Assembly (NCBI GenBank): GCA_016866875.1 | Contig: VGKY01000002.1 | Location: 31,688 to 95,687, forward strand | Source of the DNA: Candidatus Peribacteria bacterium | GTDB lineage: Bacteria; Patescibacteriota; Gracilibacteria; Peribacterales; Peribacteraceae | Direction: 5' to 3' | Length of the DNA stretch: 64,000 bases | Shown: in pieces, positions 58,457-64,000 of the stretch | Position numbering within the stretch: position 1 is the first letter of the stretch | Layout: each line of letters opens with the position of its first letter | Notes under the pieces: model-generated | Told to the model about the DNA's origin: nothing | The model's database searches: none | The model's input: the letters and a program-made list of their open reading frames with translations, nothing else | Program-made: the position numbers and the translations under genes

Positions 58457-59572
58457 ATGCGCGTACTCGTGGCCCTCTCCGGTGGCATAGATAGCTCCGT
58501 CGTAGCGTATCTGCTCAAAAGAGCAGGCCACGAACTGGTTGCTGTACGCTTTCTCCTCTGGACTGATCCGCTCGCGCCAGCACTAGCCGAGATCCTTCCG
58601 AGCAAGTGCTGCACAACCCAAAATGCCATGCGTGCGCAGAAGGTCGCCGAGACGCTGAGTATCCCCTATCACATCGTCGACCTGAGCGAGGAATTCAAAA
58701 GCAGTGTCGTCGATCCGTACCTCGAGAGTCATAGAAAAGGCCTGACGCCCAATCCCTGTATCGGCTGCAACCGCACGATCAAGTTTGGAAAACTCATCGA
58801 GCTCATGAGGGAGTACGGCTGTGAAAAACTTGCAACGGGACACTACGCGCGCGTTGCGGTTGAGGAATCAGCCTCCGCAGCGGAGGTTCATGAAGCTCCG
58901 CTGCGGAGGTGTCTGCTCCTTGAGGCTGTCGACAAAACCAAAGATCAAAGCTACTACCTCTACGGTCTTTCGCAGGAGCAACTATCCCATTGCTTATTTC
59001 CCCTGGGGGCAATGCAGAAGTCCCAGGTCTATGGTCTCGCCAAAGAATTCGGTGTGCCATTTGATGACATTTCCTACCGGGAGAGCCAGGATCTCTGCTT
59101 CTTTCCCGAGAAGACTCCCGAGGAATTTCTCAAGAGGCACCTCAGCGATGCGCTCAAGCCAGGCCCGATTGTGCGCAGGGACGGCACGGTGATGGGCACT
59201 CACGAGGGACTTGCGCTCTACACCCTGGGGCAGCGCAAAGGTCTCGGAATCGGTGGCCTCAAGATCCCCCTCGAGGTCGTAGAAAAGCGCACTCAGGAAA
59301 ACGCACTCGTCGTTGCCGACCGCGGCAGCGAGCAAGTGAACGACGTGACCATCGGAGACATCGCTTGGGTATCGTGGAAACCCGAGGAATCGCTGGAAGC
59401 ACCCTTCGAGTGCCGTACGCGATCACTCTCCACAAAGCACCGCGGCGTGCTCAGCTACAGTGGTACAAAAGGGGTATTTCGGCTCACTACACCCCTTCCA
59501 CCGCAAAGTCCCGGTCAAGCGCTGGTGCTGTACCGCGGCGAGGAGATCGTCGGAGGGGGCATCATCCAGTGA
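58457..59572 (+). CDS. mnmA: tRNA 2-thiouridine(34) synthase
   Basis: MRVLVALSGGIDSSV (PP-loop), NPCIGCNR, ATGHYAR, KDQSYYLY. Carries an in-frame family-B palindrome. Confidence 0.9.
   Translation: MRVLVALSGGIDSSVVAYLLKRAGHELVAVRFLLWTDPLAPALAEILPSKCCTTQNAMRAQKVAETLSIPYHIVDLSEEFKSSVVDPYLESHRKGLTPNPCIGCNRTIKFGKLIELMREYGCEKLATGHYARVAVEESASAAEVHEAPLRRCLLLEAVDKTKDQSYYLYGLSQEQLSHCLFPLGAMQKSQVYGLAKEFGVPFDDISYRESQDLCFFPEKTPEEFLKRHLSDALKPGPIVRRDGTVMGTHEGLALYTLGQRKGLGIGGLKIPLEVVEKRTQENALVVADRGSEQVNDVTIGDIAWVSWKPEESLEAPFECRTRSLSTKHRGVLSYSGTKGVFRLTTPLPPQSPGQALVLYRGEEIVGGGIIQ
58872..58909. repeat. palindromic element family B, copy 2 (inside mnmA, in frame)
   Basis: CCTCCGCAGCGGAG gttcatgaag CTCCGCTGCGGAGG. 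Shares an identical 18-mer GCAGCGGAGGTTCATGAA with 48555-48572. Encodes ASAAEVHEAPLRR. Confidence 0.9.
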
Positions 59573-59656
59573 TATGCGCGTATATAATTGGCATTTCTCA
59601 AAGCCTAGATTCCGGCTTACACTAGTGCATCCCAAGGCATTTTCCTGTATACTTCC

Positions 59657-60973
59657 GTGATACCTCTCGACCCCCGCCAACACCGTGCCCAGATCCTCCC
59701 CGATGGCAGCATCGTGCTTCCGTCTGAGGATATGAGTGAGCAAGCATCGAGCGATCAGATGGATCCTTCATGCCAAGCCTGCAAAGAGTCCACCCAGCAA
59801 GAGCATGAAGAGCAATCCACAGCAACCGGAGAGGAGACAGTGGTATGGGAAGTAACGTCAAAACAGCAGGAGGATTCCCAGGCACAGGAAGCGACCGTCG
59901 ACGAAGCTCCGCATGGTAGCGCTCCTCAGCGCAGATGCTTGCGACCGAAGGAGGCGATCGCACTCCTGCAATCGGGAAAGCTGGCGGCATACCGCACGGC
60001 GATGAGCGCTATGGAGGAGAGTGCCAGACAGTACAAAATGAGTGCCGCAGACCTCGTCGCAGCTCTGCGCAGCGCACGCTCATCGTGCGGACGCATGCAT
60101 GAAGCGTGCTGGGGATTTCTGAGCCAACCGGTCTGGATCATCCGGAAGAACGCGGAGCCGAAGCGCTACAGCCGCGGAACGCTCTTCGTCCTCGACACCG
60201 TGCGATTTGGCTGCACGTTCGCAGCGCTCTTCACCGCGATTTTCCTCACGCTGAACTACCAGAGCTTCTGGGAGATCGTCCGCAGCAACGCTCGCCCGAT
60301 TCAGTCGATCCAAAGCGCCCAGGATCTCGCTTCGACGGTCGACGAAGCCCTCAGAGACAAGCTCCTGAAGAGCCCGTCACTGGCGGTTGCCGGGAGAGCC
60401 GCAGGGGATCTGCTGAGCTTCCTTCCTGAGGTGGGACCTCCCGATAACCGCGTGATCATCCCGAAGCTCAACCTCAACGTCCCGCTCGTTACGCCCTCCT
60501 ACCAAAATCTCCTGCAGGAAAACTGGGTGGGAGTGGAGACAGACATCCAAGACGCGCTGCAGCACGGCATCGTCCACTACCCGGGAACCGCGCGACCGGG
60601 TCAGGCGGGAAACTTCTTCGTCACGGGCCATAGCTCCTACTACCCATGGGCACCCGGGCACTACAAAAACGTCTTTGCTAGGCTCCATGAGCTTGCTGTC
60701 GGCGACGAGTACTGGGTGTTTTTCGGAGGCGACAGGCACCGCTACCGCATCGTGCAGAAGAAGGAGGTGAAGTCCAGTGATGTCACTGTGCTCGACCAAC
60801 CTGTGGATCGTCGCACGGCAACACTCATGACCTGCACGCCCGTCGGCACGACCTTACGACGCCTCATCGTCACCGCAGAGGAGATCGACCCGATCACCGG
60901 AGAGTCCCTCGCTGTTGGAGAGCACGGCGGACACTCCCCGCCAAAACTCAACGTCGAGCAGCTGCCGATCTAA
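59657..60973 (+). CDS. sortase family transpeptidase with long N-terminal extension
   Basis: GTG start. TM FGCTFAALFTAIFLTL. FFVTGHSS (His), TLMTCTP (Cys), RRLIVTA (Arg). Confidence 0.75.
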   Translation: MIPLDPRQHRAQILPDGSIVLPSEDMSEQASSDQMDPSCQACKESTQQEHEEQSTATGEETVVWEVTSKQQEDSQAQEATVDEAPHGSAPQRRCLRPKEAIALLQSGKLAAYRTAMSAMEESARQYKMSAADLVAALRSARSSCGRMHEACWGFLSQPVWIIRKNAEPKRYSRGTLFVLDTVRFGCTFAALFTAIFLTLNYQSFWEIVRSNARPIQSIQSAQDLASTVDEALRDKLLKSPSLAVAGRAAGDLLSFLPEVGPPDNRVIIPKLNLNVPLVTPSYQNLLQENWVGVETDIQDALQHGIVHYPGTARPGQAGNFFVTGHSSYYPWAPGHYKNVFARLHELAVGDEYWVFFGGDRHRYRIVQKKEVKSSDVTVLDQPVDRRTATLMTCTPVGTTLRRLIVTAEEIDPITGESLAVGEHGGHSPPKLNVEQLPI

Positions 60974-60989
60974 GGTACAATGGTGCTAT

Positions 60990-61079
60990 GCCGCCGTGGT
61001 GAAATGGTATACACGGGGGACTTAAAATCCCCTGCCTCCTTACCGGGGCATGCTGGTTCAAGTCCAGCCGGCGGCACCA
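60990..61079 (+). tRNA. tRNA-Leu (anticodon UAA), CCA encoded
   Basis: GCCGCCG TG GTGAAATGGTATACAC GGGGA CT-TAA-AA TCCCC, long variable arm, GCTGG TTCAAGT CCAGC CGGCGGC A CCA. Confidence 0.9.
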
Positions 61080-61581
61080 TTATGGTTCACTAGAGTTATT
61101 GAAATTCCCCATTGTAAGAGTTAATTATTTATGTTATAATAAACACACTAGAAAACACCAGAACACCAGTTCTTTGATGTCGCTCCAGTATCTAATCCAA
61201 CGGATGAGATTAAAAATTGTATTGTTATTCGGCAAGGAACAAGACCTCAGTTAGAAGAGATTATGAGAGCCGCTAAGGAAAATGATGCATTTGATAGCAC
61301 ATTTTTGGTGGACGATGCAGGGGACGACTATTTTAGTGTCCAATTTCCTGGTTGTGAGCAGGAGACTCTTGATCCCGATTTTCTCAGAATCAGATTGCGA
61401 AGGCATTTGGGCCTTGATGTGGACGAAGACGAATAACACATGATGGAACATCGACCACCAGAAGACAAAATGCCTGGTTTCCCATCCCAGCATGCCTTCA
61501 TTGAGAAAGTGCATCGGTCATCAATCAACGACCCCTGAGGCAAATTGTCCGAAGAAAGATATGATGATATAATGCTTTGAT

Positions 61582-62580
61582 ATGTCTCTTCGCGCACTTC
61601 GCGTACCACTCCGTGTCTTGCATCGCCCCAAAACCTCAACCGCTGTGGGGTGGAGCGCCCTCGGCATCGCAATCCTCGCCGGATCGACATCCGTGACGTT
61701 TGCCGCAGCCCTTGCGGGAGCTCTTTCGCCGCTCTCGATGCTCTTCATCAGCGAATCGCTGATGATGCTCTTCACCATACTCTCGTTCGGAGTCATTCCG
61801 ATCACTCAACGCCTGATGCGCCTGAACCGCGGAACATGGATGGCGATCATCACTGTGGCGCTCAGTAACAGTGTCATTGCCCCGCTGCTTGTATTCACCG
61901 GAATTCGCATGACGGGGCCGGTCAACGCCGAGCTCTTCATTCGCTTCGAAAACATCGTTCTCGTGATTCTCGCGGTACTCCTCTTGCGGGAACGGATGAT
62001 GTGGAACCAGACGCTTGGAGCACTCTGCATTTTCGCCGGAGTCGCCATTGTCGCCTTGCGAGGCTTCTCGCAAGGCATAGCTCTTTCCATGGGGGACGCG
62101 TACATCTTGCTCGCATCGATCTTCTACGGCTGTGGCGGCATTGTCTTTAGGCGGCATCTGCACAAGGTACCCCCGGAACTCGTGATGTTCTGTCGCGCCT
62201 GTGCCGGCATGGGGGTCTTCTTCCTCTTATCGCCCTTTATGCTCCAAACGCTTCTTAAGGAACTCCGAGCCTTTCCCATGGAACTCATCGTCGCGCTTAT
62301 CGGATACGGATTTTTTTCTCGGTTCCTCAACCTCTTCTGCTTCTACGAGGCTATGGAGCGGTTGCCGGTGTATCGAGTATCGCTGCTGCTCAATCTCACC
62401 ATCATCGCAAGTTTGGCATTTGCTAACGCGTACTTAGGAAGCCCCATCAAGCCATATCATATTGCCGGTGCCGGATTCATCCTCATGGGATCGGTGCTCA
62501 TGGAAATCAACATGCTTCACTCGCACAAATCCAAACTCATTGCCGCGAGCCTCAAGCAGAGACACCGAAGCCACGTCTAG
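61582..62580 (+). CDS. EamA/DMT family transporter
   Basis: About 10 TM segments in two similar halves, each ending in a short Gly/Ala-rich helix (FAGVAIVAL, GAGFILMGSVLM). Confidence 0.6.
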   Translation: MSLRALRVPLRVLHRPKTSTAVGWSALGIAILAGSTSVTFAAALAGALSPLSMLFISESLMMLFTILSFGVIPITQRLMRLNRGTWMAIITVALSNSVIAPLLVFTGIRMTGPVNAELFIRFENIVLVILAVLLLRERMMWNQTLGALCIFAGVAIVALRGFSQGIALSMGDAYILLASIFYGCGGIVFRRHLHKVPPELVMFCRACAGMGVFFLLSPFMLQTLLKELRAFPMELIVALIGYGFFSRFLNLFCFYEAMERLPVYRVSLLLNLTIIASLAFANAYLGSPIKPYHIAGAGFILMGSVLMEINMLHSHKSKLIAASLKQRHRSHV

Positions 62581-62605
62581 TCGGGGACTGGTGAGAGGGC
62601 GGGCA

Positions 62606-63462
62606 TCACAATCCTCCGTACAGCTCTCTCGCGAGTATGACGATCATGGCGACCTCTGCTAGATTGACCGCATCGAGTGGGCCGAAGCGGCCCGTGGGAT
62701 TTCCCTCTGCATCCGCATACCCCGAAACGATGCGATCCTCGTGTGCGCGCAAGATCGCTGACCGAAATTCGGTCGAACTGTCGATATCGGCGAAGGGTGT
62801 GGCATCGATGGCAACAAGCTCTACCCCGAATGCCTGGAGGAGAGTCACCACCACTTCAGCGCGTGTTGCCGGTCGCAAAAGATCCACAGATCCATCGGCA
62901 TACACAGCCCACTGGAGGCGCTCGGCGCAGGAAATGAATAACTCTGACCACCGCGTGCGCGCTGCTGCCTTGAGGGGGAATCCCGAACACGACACCGCAT
63001 CTATGCCTGCAGCCAGGAGCGCGATCTTCGCAAGCTGCTCGATGGTAACCGAATCCGAAGGGCCGTACCTCCCGAGCGGCAACCCTGTAGGCCCCGATAC
63101 CCCGAGACTATTCCCAGATCGGCCGCAGAGCGTACATAGGGAGCGAACCAGCTCCTGGACGGAACATCTTCGAGATCCACGGGAACGCCATCCACTCGGA
63201 TCTGCACGAGGCCCTGCTCCGTACTCTCCTCAAGTTTGCCTGTGCGCCTCTCTTCGTCGAGAGACCACACATCTTGTGATTCTTGATCCCGCTCATCGCG
63301 TTCGCTCCAGCCTGACTGCTCCCGCAGCATCTGAAGATCACGCTCGATATCTTCGGCATCGTTGAGCAGATAATCGCGAGGTCCCGCTGCAGATACGTAT
63401 AGCGGCACGGAGAGGAAAACGGAGAACCATGCGATACGGTGCATGGATATCGGTATTCCCAC
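62606..63462 (-). pseudogene. SLH-domain protein interrupted by a frameshift at a C4/G4 run
   Basis: ORF 63001..63462 has a signal peptide and ...SWFAPYVRSAADLGIVSGYRG. The sequence continues in another frame in ORF 62606..63082 as (G)PTGLPLGRYGPSDSVTIEQLAKI plus a second SLH repeat. The frames switch at GCCCC (63091-63095). Confidence 0.6.
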
Positions 63463-63525
63463 TGGAGAAATTTTTTTTCGTTTTCACTTTCCCACGTTCC
63501 CATTTTCGCCTACGCTCCACCGGAC

Positions 63526-64000
63526 ATGATCGCGAACAAGGACGTCGGCTCCTCCGGCGCCCATACGGGCGGGAGGGGGGCGTTTTCCTCAATTAAAACA
63601 GTTTTACTCCTAGGATCCGGTGCATTGAAGATCGGAGAAGCCGGCGAATTTGACTACTCCGGAAGCCAGGCGATCAAAGCCTTCAAGGAAGAGGGGCTAC
63701 GCGTGGTGCTCATCAACCCCAATATCGCTACCAACCAAACGAGTTGGGGACTCGCTGATCGTGTGTACTTTGAGCCGGTGACTCCCGGCTTCGTGGAGAG
63801 GATCATCGGAATCGAGAAGCCTCAGGCGATCGCGCTGAGCTTCGGTGGACAGACGGCCCTAAACTGCGGTGTGGCCCTCGACGATCAGGGAATCCTCAAG
63901 AAACATGACGTTACGGTGCTCGGAACGCCCGTGGAGAGCATTCGCAAAACGGAGGATCGAGCGCTCTTCAATGCCGAACTGAATTCCATCGGCGTGGATG
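63526..64000 (+). CDS. carB: carbamoyl-phosphate synthase large subunit (5-prime partial, runs off the window)
   Basis: [44 protein letters not shown]...GGQTALN. Open to the window end. Confidence 0.85.
   Translation, partial: MIANKDVGSSGAHTGGRGAFSSIKTVLLLGSGALKIGEAGEFDYSGSQAIKAFKEEGLRVVLINPNIATNQTSWGLADRVYFEPVTPGFVERIIGIEKPQAIALSFGGQTALNCGVALDDQGILKKHDVTVLGTPVESIRKTEDRALFNAELNSIGVD

Overview
Chromosomal window from a GC-rich bacterium. The gene content (three paralogous giant repeat-built surface proteins, two sortases, SLH/PKD/TPM/LemA envelope proteins, compact housekeeping genes, many short palindromic insertions) suggests an uncultivated Patescibacteria/CPR-type lineage, but that assignment is inference only. 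Confident housekeeping calls: tkt, a Mur ligase, rnhB, lgt, tsaD, groES-groEL with a CIRCE-like operator, tmk, folD, purF, purD, prfA, mnmA, carB (5-prime partial), and tRNA-Ser(UGA), tRNA-Pro(CGG), tRNA-Leu(CAG), tRNA-Leu(UAA). Unusual content: (1) A visibly AT-richer ~7.5-kb integrative island lies next to tRNA-Pro. It carries a tyrosine integrase, an excisionase-like HTH, a terminase-small-subunit-like HTH and a sigma-like protein. Its only cargo is a 1675-aa protein joining an HExxH zincin module to a divergent ABC1/UbiB-type kinase-like module. (2) A REPtron: a RAYT/IS200-like Y1 transposase gene flanked on both sides by about 15 copies of a GCGCACGT-TTCT-ACGTGCGC hairpin repeat, filling the convergent gap between two surface-protein genes. 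(3) A tRNA-Ser-like gene whose two halves are separated by a 208-bp insert that carries a complete tRNA-Ser(UGA). (4) Several families of short palindromic elements, some inserted in frame into tkt, mnmA and a TPR membrane protein gene, as Rickettsia RPEs do. (5) Heptanucleotide tandem arrays at gene ends and in leaders. (6) Decayed genes: a GIY-YIG gene, an SLH protein and a truncated paralog. No rRNA, CRISPR array or cas genes were seen. All domain calls come from by-eye motif recognition; no searches were run.
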